From: Acidimicrobiia bacterium UBA2766 | Lineage (GTDB): Bacteria; Actinomycetota; Acidimicrobiia; UBA2766 | DNA: 64,000 nucleotides | Reading direction: 5' to 3' | Assembly (NCBI GenBank): GCA_002352645.1 | Contig: DEIU01000102.1 | Coordinates: 22,761 to 86,760 of the forward strand | Shown: piece after piece, positions 18,974 to 28,834 of the stretch | How positions within the stretch are numbered: the stretch's first letter is position 1 | How the letters are laid out: the number at the start of each line of letters is the position of its first letter | Translations under genes and position numbers: made by a program | The notes under the pieces: model-generated | Seen by the model: the letters and a program-made list of their open reading frames with translations, nothing else | Database searches by the model: none | What the model was told of the DNA's origin: nothing

Positions 18974-20383
18974 TTAGTAGGCCTTTGCGATGTAGGCGAT
19001 AAGGTCATTTTCAGGAGTGAGCTCTACAGGAACTTGTCCCTCTGGGTGGACAAGGCAGCGGACACTGTACGCTTTTTCTGCAAGTTTGGTTTCTCCTGCA
19101 GAACCGATTGCCGACCAAGGAGCACGGAAGAAGCCCCGTCCTTCAATTTCCCCGATTTCTTTCACGTTATGGGTGTTTGCTTCGCGTCGTGCAAGTGCCT
19201 GTTCGTAGAGAGCCGTGTGGATTTGAGGAAGTATTTCCACTACGGCCTGTCCAGCCCCGGCCAGGGGAATAGTCTGTTTTTCTTGCCCTTCATGTTTCTG
19301 GTCGCGGCGGACGAAAGTCACGACTCCTTGCTTGAGGTCGCGTGGCCCTAGCTCAAAGCGAACAGGGACTCCTTTGAGTTCCCATTGCACGGCGCGTCTC
19401 CCAAAGGGAGTGTGTGTGTCGCTATCGAGTTGGGCACGTATTCCCGCTGCTTTGAGTTCTTCTGTGAGGGCGGCAGACTCTGGCACTGTTTCTGGGCGAA
19501 TTGCCAGGACGACTGCTTGTACAGGGGCGACCGCAGGAGGCAATCGCAGGCCATAGTCATCGCCGTGCGTCATAATGAGACCCCCAATGACTCGCGTTGA
19601 GACGCCCCAGGAGGTTGTGTGACAGAGGCGACGCTCGTTTTCTGGCGTGGCGAAGTCGATCTGAAAAGCCTCAGAGAAATTCGTACCGAGGTAATGGCTG
19701 GTCCCCATTTGCAGGGCTTTTGTGTCGCGCATCATGCCTTCGAGCGTGAAAGTCGCGTCGGCACCTGGGAAGCGTTCTCGTTCTGTTTTCTGGCCGAGGA
19801 CTGTCGGGATAGCCAGTACTTTGCGCATGAGGTCGTCATAGACGTTGTGCATGCGCAGCGTCTCCTCTACCGCTTCCTCTTTTGTGGCGTGTGCGGTATG
19901 ACCTTCTTGCCAAAGGAACTCGCTCGTGCGGAGAAAGAGCCGTGGGCGCATTTCCCAACGTACAACGTTTGCCCACTGGTTGAGGAGAAGGGGAAGGTCG
20001 CGGTGGCTTTGGATCCAGCGCGACATTGCGTCGCCTATCACTGTCTCTGAAGTAGGTCGGACAACAAGCGGCTCGCCGAGTTTATTTCCTCCTCCATGCG
20101 TGACGACAGCAACTTCTGGGCTAAATCCTTCGACGTGTTTTGCTTCTTTTTGAAGAAAGGAGTTGGGAATGAGAAGAGGGAAATACACGTTGGAGTGGCC
20201 AGTATCTTTGATACGTTGATCGAGTTCGTTTTGGATGCTTTCCCAGATGGCATAGCCCCATGGCTTGATGATCATCGTGCCGCGTGCAGGACCGTTTTCT
20301 GCCATTTCTGCTTTTGCGATGACCTCTTGGTACCACTGAGGGAAGTCATTTGTTTGGAGTGTAAGAACGGGTTTTTGGGACAT
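18974..20383 (-). CDS. proS: prolyl-tRNA synthetase, archaeal/eukaryotic type
   Basis: 469 aa. Class II motifs. No bacterial INS editing insertion. C-terminal zinc-binding-type extension ending in a terminal Tyr (...IAKAY). Confidence 0.9.
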   Translation of the reverse strand: MSQKPVLTLQTNDFPQWYQEVIAKAEMAENGPARGTMIIKPWGYAIWESIQNELDQRIKDTGHSNVYFPLLIPNSFLQKEAKHVEGFSPEVAVVTHGGGNKLGEPLVVRPTSETVIGDAMSRWIQSHRDLPLLLNQWANVVRWEMRPRLFLRTSEFLWQEGHTAHATKEEAVEETLRMHNVYDDLMRKVLAIPTVLGQKTERERFPGADATFTLEGMMRDTKALQMGTSHYLGTNFSEAFQIDFATPENERRLCHTTSWGVSTRVIGGLIMTHGDDYGLRLPPAVAPVQAVVLAIRPETVPESAALTEELKAAGIRAQLDSDTHTPFGRRAVQWELKGVPVRFELGPRDLKQGVVTFVRRDQKHEGQEKQTIPLAGAGQAVVEILPQIHTALYEQALARREANTHNVKEIGEIEGRGFFRAPWSAIGSAGETKLAEKAYSVRCLVHPEGQVPVELTPENDLIAYIAKAY

Positions 20384-20472
20384 GGGGTGTTCAGTCTCGT
20401 GAGGGTTTTTTCTGGCTTTTCTTTAGGGTGACCTTAGGACGACCTTGTGACACTTGGATGGCATCTCTGCGG

Positions 20473-20520
20473 CGTAAGCGGTTCGAAGGCGGTTGCATTC
20501 GAAGGCGGTTGCAACGGAAG
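20473..20520. promoter_or_regulatory. two adjacent copies of a 16-bp direct repeat (TTCGAAGGCGGTTGCA) about 260 bp upstream of pstS
   Basis: Read directly: ggttcgaaggcggttgcattcgaaggcggttgcaacg. Candidate response-regulator (Pho-box-like) site in the proS/pstS divergent region. Confidence 0.4.
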
Positions 20521-20779
20521 TGTGAACGGGATCTTGCGGCGAAAAGCGTTTTTTATTAGTTTTTCGGCTCACTTTGAGGATATGCGCCACTATTCATATA
20601 AATGATAGTGTACGAAAATTTCTTTTGTGTGGAATCTATTTTGGTGAGGGAAAAAAGACGCTTCGGCGCAATCTTTCTCCTCTGTTTGTGTGAGCAAACT
20701 GTCTTGCGCGGGAAAAAGTTCGATTTTTATTCATGCTTGGAACAACTAAGGGTCACGTGCTGAATGTAGCTTTTCAAGT

Positions 20780-21895
20780 ATGAGGCTACGACAACATATC
20801 AGTGACGATGCCAGTTCCGGCGATGACAACGCTACAACTGCATCTCAAGTTTTTCCTTCTTCTCTCTCCTCTCGCGCAAAGTGGGCGCGCCGCCGTCGTT
20901 TTACGGCGTTGACCTGTGCTGCTGCGCTGTTCCTCGCTGCCTGTGGTGATGACGATGACGCGGAAAATGGTACAGGGAGTGACGGTAACCTGAGTAACGG
21001 GTTTGGGTCGATTAACATTTCTGGGTCCTCTACGGTGGAACCTATTTCCTCCTTGGTGGCTGAGGGCTTCCAAGGACAAGTTGAGAATTTGGCGATTGCC
21101 GTGAATGGGCCGGGAACCGGCGATGGTTTCGAGGTTTTCTGCAATGGTGAAACCGATATCTCGGACGCTTCCCGTCCTATCAAGGATGCTGAAAAAGAAG
21201 CCTGTGAGAAAAATGGCGTCAGCTATGTTGAGCTCAAGGTTGGTATAGACGGGATTAGCGTGCTTACCTCCCCGGAGAATGACGCTGTCTCCTGCTTGGG
21301 CTACGAAGATCTCTACGCGCTGACCAGCATGGAAGCTACAGGCATGAAAAACTGGTCCGAGGCGCAGGATCTGGCGGAAGAGCTGGGTTCCCGTCACACT
21401 CCTTACCCCGACGCCAAGTTGTTCATTACGGGACCAGGCGAAGAGTCAGGGACCTTTGATACTTTTGTAGAGTTTGTCATAGAAGACTTTGCGGAAGACC
21501 GGGGTCAGGAAGCCATTACTCGCCCTGACTACGAGGCCCTTCCCAATGACAATGTCATTATACAGGGGGTTGCGAATGAGACGACTTCTCTTGGTTGGGT
21601 GGGTTTCGCGTTCTTTTCGGAGAACAAAGAGTCTGTGAAGGCAATTGAGGTCGATGGTGGAGATGGCATCTGTGTCGCGCCAACTCCTGCCACGATTTCT
21701 GCTGGGACTTATCCCTTGTCCCGCCCTCTTTTCATCTATGTCAACACCGACAAGGCGGCAAAGAATGAAACTCTTACCCAGTTCGTCGACTACTACCTGA
21801 GCGACGAGGGTATCGCGAATGTCACGAACGCAGGTTATGTGATGCTCGAAGACAGTGCCTTGAATGAGACACGGACTGTATGGGAAAGCCGTTGA
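20780..21895 (+). CDS. pstS: phosphate ABC transporter substrate-binding lipoprotein
   Basis: Lipobox (FLAAC), then PstS-family fold (SGSSTV..., GTYPLSRPLFIY). The long N-terminal leader suggests the real start may be later. Confidence 0.85.
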   Translation: MRLRQHISDDASSGDDNATTASQVFPSSLSSRAKWARRRRFTALTCAAALFLAACGDDDDAENGTGSDGNLSNGFGSINISGSSTVEPISSLVAEGFQGQVENLAIAVNGPGTGDGFEVFCNGETDISDASRPIKDAEKEACEKNGVSYVELKVGIDGISVLTSPENDAVSCLGYEDLYALTSMEATGMKNWSEAQDLAEELGSRHTPYPDAKLFITGPGEESGTFDTFVEFVIEDFAEDRGQEAITRPDYEALPNDNVIIQGVANETTSLGWVGFAFFSENKESVKAIEVDGGDGICVAPTPATISAGTYPLSRPLFIYVNTDKAAKNETLTQFVDYYLSDEGIANVTNAGYVMLEDSALNETRTVWESR

Positions 21896-21925
21896 CGGCT
21901 TCCTGAAAAGAAGAAAGGTATTTGC

Positions 21926-22873
21926 ATGGACGACTCTTCGTCGTCATCCATGCCCGGTGTACTGACGGTCACCGATTTTATCGGTGACCGTCGACGCCTG
22001 CGACAGGACAAAACAGTGCGCGGTCTTTTCTTGGGCGCGTCTGTTCTGTCTTTGGGGATCAGCGCTCTTATCGTGATCTCTCTTGCGGGAGAGGCTCTGA
22101 CTTTTCTTCGCCAGATCGAACTGTCGCAGCTCACCGATATTGGGTGGTTTCCGCGTCGTGGGATGTTCGATGTGCCAACTCTTTTAGCGGGCACGTTCCT
22201 TGTCACCGGGCTCGCTATGTTTGTTGCCATCCCTCTTGGTTTGGGGTCGGCGGTATATCTCAGCGAATATGCATCTCCCCGAGTGCGTACCGTGGTCAAG
22301 CCGGCTTTGGAAGTGCTGGCCGGTATCCCCAGTGTGGTTTTGGGTTTTTTCGCGTTTACGGTTCTCACTCCCGGACTGATACAGCGGATTTGGTCTGATG
22401 CCGGAGCGTTCAGCCTCTTGTCGGCTGCGCTCGGGATTGGCCTGCTTGCCATACCTCTGGTGGCTTCTGTTTCTGAGGATGCCCTGCACTCTGTGCCAGA
22501 TTCATTACGGGAAGCCTCCTACGGGATTGGGGCAAGCAAATTTACGACAGTGACTCGAGTAGTGATACCGGCTGCAGTGTCAGGAATTGTGGGCTCCTGC
22601 ATCGTGGCAGGTTCTCGTGCTTTGGGTGAGACCATGGTGGTTGCTCTGGCCGCAGGCGGTTCAGGTGGGCACCTCTTCACTACTGACGTTTTTAATTCAG
22701 GTTTGACGATGACCGCTGCGATGGCGTCGCTTGCCACTGGAACCGACGCGGTGAAGGGTTCTGCTGCAGCCTTCCAAAGCCTGTTTTTCGTGGGTTTTTT
22801 GCTCTTTGTGATGACCTTTGTTGTGAACCTGATTGCGGACAGGTTCGTGCGTCGAGTGCGGCAAAGGTATTGA
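21926..22873 (+). CDS. pstC: phosphate ABC transporter permease
   Basis: 6-TMS permease with EAA-type loop (LREASYGIGASKFTT). Confidence 0.85.
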   Translation: MDDSSSSSMPGVLTVTDFIGDRRRLRQDKTVRGLFLGASVLSLGISALIVISLAGEALTFLRQIELSQLTDIGWFPRRGMFDVPTLLAGTFLVTGLAMFVAIPLGLGSAVYLSEYASPRVRTVVKPALEVLAGIPSVVLGFFAFTVLTPGLIQRIWSDAGAFSLLSAALGIGLLAIPLVASVSEDALHSVPDSLREASYGIGASKFTTVTRVVIPAAVSGIVGSCIVAGSRALGETMVVALAAGGSGGHLFTTDVFNSGLTMTAAMASLATGTDAVKGSAAAFQSLFFVGFLLFVMTFVVNLIADRFVRRVRQRY

Positions 22874-22930
22874 GATGGTGTGGAGCGTCCTGGAAGGAAC
22901 GGATAGCGTGATCCCGGGAAGAGACCTCTG

Positions 22931-23893
22931 ATGGCAGAATCCTATTCAGTGCCTAGGCCGGATGTCCCGATGCCACAAACAAGAGAAAGCAAGGCGCGTA
23001 CAGCTCTTACGAGAGTGGGCTTTGACTTCAAAGGCCACGGCTTCAGGGGCTTGCTTTCTGCTTCGGTTGGTCTTTCGCTTTTTGCACTTTTCTTCCTGCT
23101 CTACGGTGTGACCAGTGACGGTATTCCCGTACTCGCCGAGCGCGGATGGGATTTTCTTTCGTCTCCTCTTTCCGCCGATCCCAGTCGAACCGGCGTATGG
23201 CAGGGCCTGAAGGGGACCATACAGCTTGTCGTTTTCATTTTGGTATTTGCGGTTCCTGTAGGAATGGCCTCTGCGGTCTATCTTGAGGAATACGCTGAAG
23301 ATACTTGGTTTACTCGCTTTGTATCTCTCAATATTCGGAACCTGGCTGGTGTGCCGTCAGTGGTCTACGGGATTTTGGGGCTTTCTGTTTTTGTGAAATT
23401 CCTTGGTGATTTCACAGGAGGAAGAAGCGTCATATCGGCAGGGTTCACCTTGTCGATTCTTGTGCTCCCGCTTGTCATTATTGCTGCGATGGAGGCTTTG
23501 CGTGCTGTGCCACAAAGCCATCGCGAAGGAGCGTTTGGGCTTGGTGCCACGCGCTGGGAAGTGATCCGTCACCAGGTGATCCCCTACGCGATGCCGGGAA
23601 TTGCCACCGGAATTGTCTTGTCGGTGCTGCGGGCATTGGGAGAGACTGCTCCGCTTATTTTGGTTGGTGCAGTAAGTGGTTTCTTTACCACGGGTGACCA
23701 GAACGTTGTTGAGGATTTGCAAGGACCCTTTACTGCTCTCCCCATGCTTATCTTTAGTTGGGCCCGACAGCCGAAAGCTGAGTTCGAGGAGCTTACTTCC
23801 GCGGTTATCGTAGTAACGCTCTTTGTACTTCTTCTCTCAACACTGGCTGCAGTTTTGGTGCGTAACCGATTCGAGAAGAGGAGGCAAGGGTGA
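22931..23893 (+). CDS. pstA: phosphate ABC transporter permease
   Basis: Permease with [14 protein letters not shown] motif. Its stop overlaps the pstB start. Confidence 0.85.
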   Translation: MAESYSVPRPDVPMPQTRESKARTALTRVGFDFKGHGFRGLLSASVGLSLFALFFLLYGVTSDGIPVLAERGWDFLSSPLSADPSRTGVWQGLKGTIQLVVFILVFAVPVGMASAVYLEEYAEDTWFTRFVSLNIRNLAGVPSVVYGILGLSVFVKFLGDFTGGRSVISAGFTLSILVLPLVIIAAMEALRAVPQSHREGAFGLGATRWEVIRHQVIPYAMPGIATGIVLSVLRALGETAPLILVGAVSGFFTTGDQNVVEDLQGPFTALPMLIFSWARQPKAEFEELTSAVIVVTLFVLLLSTLAAVLVRNRFEKRRQG

Positions 23894-24747
23894 TAACGAA
23901 CTCCCCTGTTGCTGAGCTTGACGTTATTGAACACGCGGGTCTTTCTGCTTTACCCCAGCCGAACCCTGTTGTGTTTGAGATAGGTAACTTATCTGTTTTT
24001 TATGGTGATGCGCTCGCGGTCAAGGACGTGACCATGAACGTTCGCGAGCATCAGATTACCGCTTTCATCGGCCCGTCTGGCTGCGGGAAGAGTACGGTTT
24101 TGCGTTGTTTAAATCGTATGAATGATCTGATCGATGGGGCACGCGTACAAGGTATGGTCTCCTACCATAATGTTGACTTGTACGATCCTGCGGTGCAGGC
24201 AGTTGAAGTCCGTCGACGTATTGGTATGGTTTTTCAGAAGCCCAATCCGTTCCCGAAGTCAGTTTTTGAGAATATTGCCTTTGGTCCAAGACTGAACGGC
24301 ATCAAGAAAAAGAGCGACTTGTCCGGCATCGTCGAGCAGGCGTTACGCAAAGCTGTGCTTTGGGATGAAGTAAAAGATCGCCTGAAAGACTCTGCTTTTG
24401 GTCTTTCCGGTGGGCAGCAACAGCGCCTCTGCATTGCGAGGGCACTTGCTGTTGAACCCGATGTGCTTTTAATGGATGAGCCATGTTCTGCGCTCGACCC
24501 CATTGCCACAGGGCGGATTGAAGAACTTCTTCAAGAAATTGCGTCCACTTACACCATCGTTATTGTGACGCACAACATGGGGCAGGCACGACGCATTAGC
24601 GAACAGACCGCCTTTTTTCTTACCCGTCTTGACGAGGTATCAGACTCGCGTTACGGGGTGCTGGTGGAGTACGATAACACAGAAAAAGTGTTTACTGACC
24701 CATCAGATAAACGCACGTTACAGTATATAATGGGTCAAGTGGGGTGA
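23890..24747 (+). CDS. pstB: phosphate ABC transporter ATP-binding protein
   Basis: Walker [10 protein letters not shown]. Signature LSGGQQQRL. Walker B LLMDEP. Confidence 0.9.
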   Translation: MITNSPVAELDVIEHAGLSALPQPNPVVFEIGNLSVFYGDALAVKDVTMNVREHQITAFIGPSGCGKSTVLRCLNRMNDLIDGARVQGMVSYHNVDLYDPAVQAVEVRRRIGMVFQKPNPFPKSVFENIAFGPRLNGIKKKSDLSGIVEQALRKAVLWDEVKDRLKDSAFGLSGGQQQRLCIARALAVEPDVLLMDEPCSALDPIATGRIEELLQEIASTYTIVIVTHNMGQARRISEQTAFFLTRLDEVSDSRYGVLVEYDNTEKVFTDPSDKRTLQYIMGQVG

Positions 24748-25198
24748 ATGGAGAAGAGGTAGACTCTCTTTTTCCTCTGTCTTTTCGCTGTGTTGCACTC
24801 GGAGTATTGCCGGTTGCTCTGATGCGATGCGACTCTTCTTGAGAACCGTGATCTTCTCGGGAGAGCTTGCTTGTGATAGGGCAGGTTTGTGAATTTCGTG
24901 GTCTCTTGCCGGGAAGAGGCCGGTAGCATGTGCAAGATGGCTTTGGGTGGACAATCCGTCGATATTGCTTGATAATACTGGGGCGACACTGGTAAAAGGC
25001 CTATGCGCGCAAGAGACAGACGTGCAGAATTGGTGGTGTGGCGGTCGGAGCAGCTGCTGCACTCTGCATATGAAAATAGCTGTTTTCTTGTGCGAGAGCG
25101 GTCCCTTTTGAGAAGGTGCATTGCCTATCGTCGCCGTTTGTATGTGCGATTGGCAGTGCGGTGACACTTGCTCCCCTGTTGAATGGCTTTTGCAGAGA

Positions 25199-26698
25199 AT
25201 GCCGGAAGATTTCACTCCCTCCAATACGCCTCTTGCGGAGCGCTTGCAGGCTGTTGATCGTGACCTGAAACACATGGCAGAAATTGTCGTTGTTGCTGTA
25301 GGGCGCGCGACAGAAGCCCTTCTGGCGAACGATGTGGATCGTGCACAAACCGTTATTGAGGAAGACGATATCCTCGACGCGTACTCTTTGGAATACGAAC
25401 GTTCCTGCATGGATCTTCTCGTGTGCAGTCACTTGGATGAAATAGGCGTACGCTCAGTTGTTACTGCTTTGAAAATGAATAGCGAGATCGAACGCAGTGG
25501 TGATCTTGCTGTCAATATTTGCAAAGGTGTTGGGCGGATTCAGGGTGCGTACATTAACCGGCAAATCCGCAATTTTTTACGCCATATGGGCGAGGAAGCC
25601 GGGGTTCTCTTCTCCCAGGCCATCAAGTTTTATGTAGAGAGGGACGAGGCGAAGGCCGCGACGCTGACTGACCTCGATGATCGTCTCGATGATCTGCATG
25701 ACCAATATATTGAAGTTGTTATTCGTACTGTTTCGCGGGGTGAACTCAACGCGCAACAGGGACTGCAACTGGCTGTACTCGGGCGATTCTATGAGCGTAT
25801 CGGTGATCATGCGGTCAATATTGCGGAGGGAGTGAGGCACCTATTCCCGGAATCGGAGATTTCCAGGGAAAGAGAAAAGCGTTTCGTTCCTTCCAAGGAA
25901 AATAATATGAAACGGGTGCTCGCACGGCGTATTCCGGGAGTCGCAGTCATTGAAGCTGCACAACAAGAACGCCGGATTGATGCTATTCGTCGTGATTTTG
26001 TGGTGAATGTCAGCCATGAACTCAAAACGCCAGTCGGGGCAATTGCCTTGCTCGCAGAAACCTTGTATGACGAGGAAGACATTAAGGTCCGTCGCCGTTT
26101 GCTGCATCGGATTACTGACGAGGCGCATCGAGTCAGTGAGACGATTGATGACCTTATTGATCTCGGACGCTTGGAAGAAGAAAAACAACCGCGCCATGTG
26201 TCGGTTTTTGTCTACGACATTGTGTCGAGTGGCTTGAATCATGTGTATGCATTCGCTACTCAAAAGGAAGTCGAAATCCAGATCCAAGAGTTTCCTGCCG
26301 GTTTGAGTGTGAGAGGAGATGCCCGTCAATTAGGGCGCGCGCTCTCCAACCTTTTCGATAACGCAGTCAAATACTCAGATCCTGGACATATTGTGACGGT
26401 GGGCGCGAAACAAGTAGGAGACAAGGTTGATATTCGGGTGCAAGATCAGGGAATCGGAATTCCCGCCCGCGACATAGAACGTATTTTTGAACGTTTCTAC
26501 AGGGTCGACCGCGCGCGTAGTCGGGCGACCGGAGGTACGGGCCTTGGTCTTGCCATTGTGCGCCATGTGATGACAAATCACAATGGTCGGGTACTTGTGG
26601 AATCAAGTGAAGGAGAGGGATCTGCTTTCACGCTCCAGCTTCCAAGTGCCGGAGAACACGCGGAGACGCCCGAAAGACAAACGCGTCATAGTGAGTGA
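25199..26698 (+). CDS. cytoplasmic histidine kinase with N-terminal PhoU domain (PhoU-HisKA-HATPase_c fusion)
   Basis: Two PhoU repeats (ERSGDLAVNICK and ERIGDHAVNIAE), then H-box VSHELKTP, N/G boxes (NLFDNAVKYS, GGTGLGLAIV). No predicted TM helix. Start uncertain (TTG 25121, ATG 25142, ATG 25199). Confidence 0.8.
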   Translation: MPEDFTPSNTPLAERLQAVDRDLKHMAEIVVVAVGRATEALLANDVDRAQTVIEEDDILDAYSLEYERSCMDLLVCSHLDEIGVRSVVTALKMNSEIERSGDLAVNICKGVGRIQGAYINRQIRNFLRHMGEEAGVLFSQAIKFYVERDEAKAATLTDLDDRLDDLHDQYIEVVIRTVSRGELNAQQGLQLAVLGRFYERIGDHAVNIAEGVRHLFPESEISREREKRFVPSKENNMKRVLARRIPGVAVIEAAQQERRIDAIRRDFVVNVSHELKTPVGAIALLAETLYDEEDIKVRRRLLHRITDEAHRVSETIDDLIDLGRLEEEKQPRHVSVFVYDIVSSGLNHVYAFATQKEVEIQIQEFPAGLSVRGDARQLGRALSNLFDNAVKYSDPGHIVTVGAKQVGDKVDIRVQDQGIGIPARDIERIFERFYRVDRARSRATGGTGLGLAIVRHVMTNHNGRVLVESSEGEGSAFTLQLPSAGEHAETPERQTRHSE

Positions 26699-27507
26699 AA
26701 CGTCAGAACTGGGAGGGAGAAAAGACTGTGGCCCAACGACATGCTATTACTGTTCTTGCAGTTGACGACGAAGAATCCTTTTTGGAAGCACTTGGTCTCG
26801 GGCTTGAACGCGAGGGGTTTGAAGTGCATGTCGCGAGAGACGGGGTGGAAGCTCTGGAGTCTTTTGCGAGAGTGGAACCAGACATCGTGCTACTTGATGT
26901 GATGTTACCGCGTTTGTCAGGAATTGACGTTTGTCAGGAATTGCGCAAAGAAACAAGCGTGCCGATCATCATGCTGAGCGCAAAAGGAGAGGAGATCGAC
27001 GCGGTCGTGGGTCTTGAAGTAGGGGCCGATGATTACATCACGAAACCCTACCGTTTGCGGGAACTTGTCGCCCGTATTCGAGCTGCCTTGCGCCGCACGC
27101 GTGTGACAGGTGCTGAGTCTGGCGCGTCGCTGCACGCAGGTCTTCTCACATCTGGGGACATTTGTTTGGATCCAGATCGGTATGAGGTGACCGTGCGAGA
27201 CGAAGCCCTCTCTTTGCCCTTGAAAGAGTTTGAACTCCTTAAAGTACTCATGGAGAACGTGGGTCATGTGCTGACACGGCAGCGTTTGATTGAATGTGTC
27301 TGGGGATTTGACTATGTAGGGGACACAAAAACCCTTGACGTACACATCAAGCGGTTGCGGTCTCGCGTCGAAAAAGACCCGGCCAACCCTGAGGCAATTA
27401 TTACGATTCGCGGCTTGGGGTACAAGCTGGTCGACACATCCCTCAGTGGAACTCCTCGCAGAATAATGGGGCCTGTGGAGGAGAAGAAAGAACAGTTGGG
27501 CTTGTGA
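26695..27507 (+). CDS. OmpR-family response regulator (RegX3/PhoB-like)
   Basis: REC domain (LAVDDEE ... LLDVMLP ... SAKGEE). Winged-helix trans_reg_C (TIRGLGYKL). Start overlaps the kinase stop. Confidence 0.9.
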   Translation: MKRQNWEGEKTVAQRHAITVLAVDDEESFLEALGLGLEREGFEVHVARDGVEALESFARVEPDIVLLDVMLPRLSGIDVCQELRKETSVPIIMLSAKGEEIDAVVGLEVGADDYITKPYRLRELVARIRAALRRTRVTGAESGASLHAGLLTSGDICLDPDRYEVTVRDEALSLPLKEFELLKVLMENVGHVLTRQRLIECVWGFDYVGDTKTLDVHIKRLRSRVEKDPANPEAIITIRGLGYKLVDTSLSGTPRRIMGPVEEKKEQLGL

Positions 27508-27682
27508 GCGGGCCTGAAGCAGAAAGAGTGACCGCGGGGCAAAAAAAGACGAAGAGCTTTTTTGCCCCGATACTTGTGTACTGCACGCCTGGGAAAACCT
27601 CTCCTGGCTCTTTTACCCAGAGGCATTCGCCTTGAGGTATTTCTCTCGCGACGTTTTCCCAGAGACGGAACTGATGCCCGAC

Positions 27683-28519
27683 TCAGGGAGCATTCGCTGC
27701 GATATGTGCACTGATCGTATCGATGAGCAGTTCAGGCTGCTCCATAAAGAGAAGATGTCCTGAGTCCGGCGCTGTGACGAGCTGTGCTCCGGGAATTTGT
27801 TCAGAAAGTGCGCGTCCGTTGCTGTAAGTCAGCAATTGGTCGGTGTCCCCGTGGATGACAACAGTCGGTGTATTGGTGTTGGGCAGTTCGTTCCAGGGTT
27901 TGAACGCCATGAGCGCCTGCATCTGCCCCATGACACCTTTCATTTCCATCGGGTAATCTTTTTGTACTCCGATGAACCATTTCAGCTTCTCGGGGTTCTT
28001 TTCTGCAAAGTTGGGGCCGCAGAGGGCTTCCACCATGTTGCGCTGCATGCCTTCCATGTCTTCGGGATCCGGGGGCCGGCTCAAAATTTGCATGGCTTGG
28101 GGGCTGGGAGGGTCTACTTTTGGGCCGTCTTCGCTACCGGGTAGGACCATGCCCGGGGCAGTCGCCATCAACACAGCAGAGCGCAGGCGTGCCCGGCTCG
28201 TTATCATGAGATGCTGGGTGATCATGCCTCCCATTGAGAGTCCACCCAGGTTGAATGTGTCCCAGCCGAGCGTGTCCGCGATTGCGAGCACGTCTTCGCT
28301 CATATCGGCAATTGTCCATTGTGCGTCTTCGGGGATGACCGTGTCGCCTACTCCCCGATTGTCGAGCGTCACAACTTGGTGTCCGCGTTCTGCCAGCCCG
28401 TCGGCGACAAAGTCCCAGAGTTTGCCGATGAGGGCGAGTCCGTTGACGAGAATGACCGGCGCTCCTTCTCCCCTTACTTCGTATTTGACGCTGACGGCGT
28501 CTCGTTTCAAGATCGGCAT
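27683..28519 (-). CDS. alpha/beta hydrolase
   Basis: GLSMGG nucleophile elbow. HGDTD and GH pattern. Confidence 0.8.
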   Translation of the reverse strand: MPILKRDAVSVKYEVRGEGAPVILVNGLALIGKLWDFVADGLAERGHQVVTLDNRGVGDTVIPEDAQWTIADMSEDVLAIADTLGWDTFNLGGLSMGGMITQHLMITSRARLRSAVLMATAPGMVLPGSEDGPKVDPPSPQAMQILSRPPDPEDMEGMQRNMVEALCGPNFAEKNPEKLKWFIGVQKDYPMEMKGVMGQMQALMAFKPWNELPNTNTPTVVIHGDTDQLLTYSNGRALSEQIPGAQLVTAPDSGHLLFMEQPELLIDTISAHIAANAP

Positions 28520-28834
28520 GGCGAATTCTTCCCCCTGGTTTTTTGACTGGGCCGAGTTCTGTGCTGCCTTCGAGGCGCGGCTTGGCGCTCGGATTCTCGC
28601 TTCTTCAGGCTAGAGGGGGAGAGGATGTCTTGTCGAAGCTTGCATTTGCGCAATAGTGCGAAAGTCGGGGAGCGCAGAGAAAAGGCGTACCGGCCATAAT
28701 TCTGGAGAAGCCAATTGCCGTCAGGTCTTGCCTGGCGAGTGCGGATATTTGCTTGCATGTTGCTTGGGCGTTTCCTTGCGTGGCAGGGAAAAAGCTTGCA
28801 GACGTGTCCTGCTCTTCGCTCCTTTTGAGAACTA

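Noticed and set aside
20466-20500. tRNA-like GGTTCGAAGG string
   Set aside because: No acceptor/T-stem complementarity and no anticodon arm. It is part of a 16-bp direct repeat.
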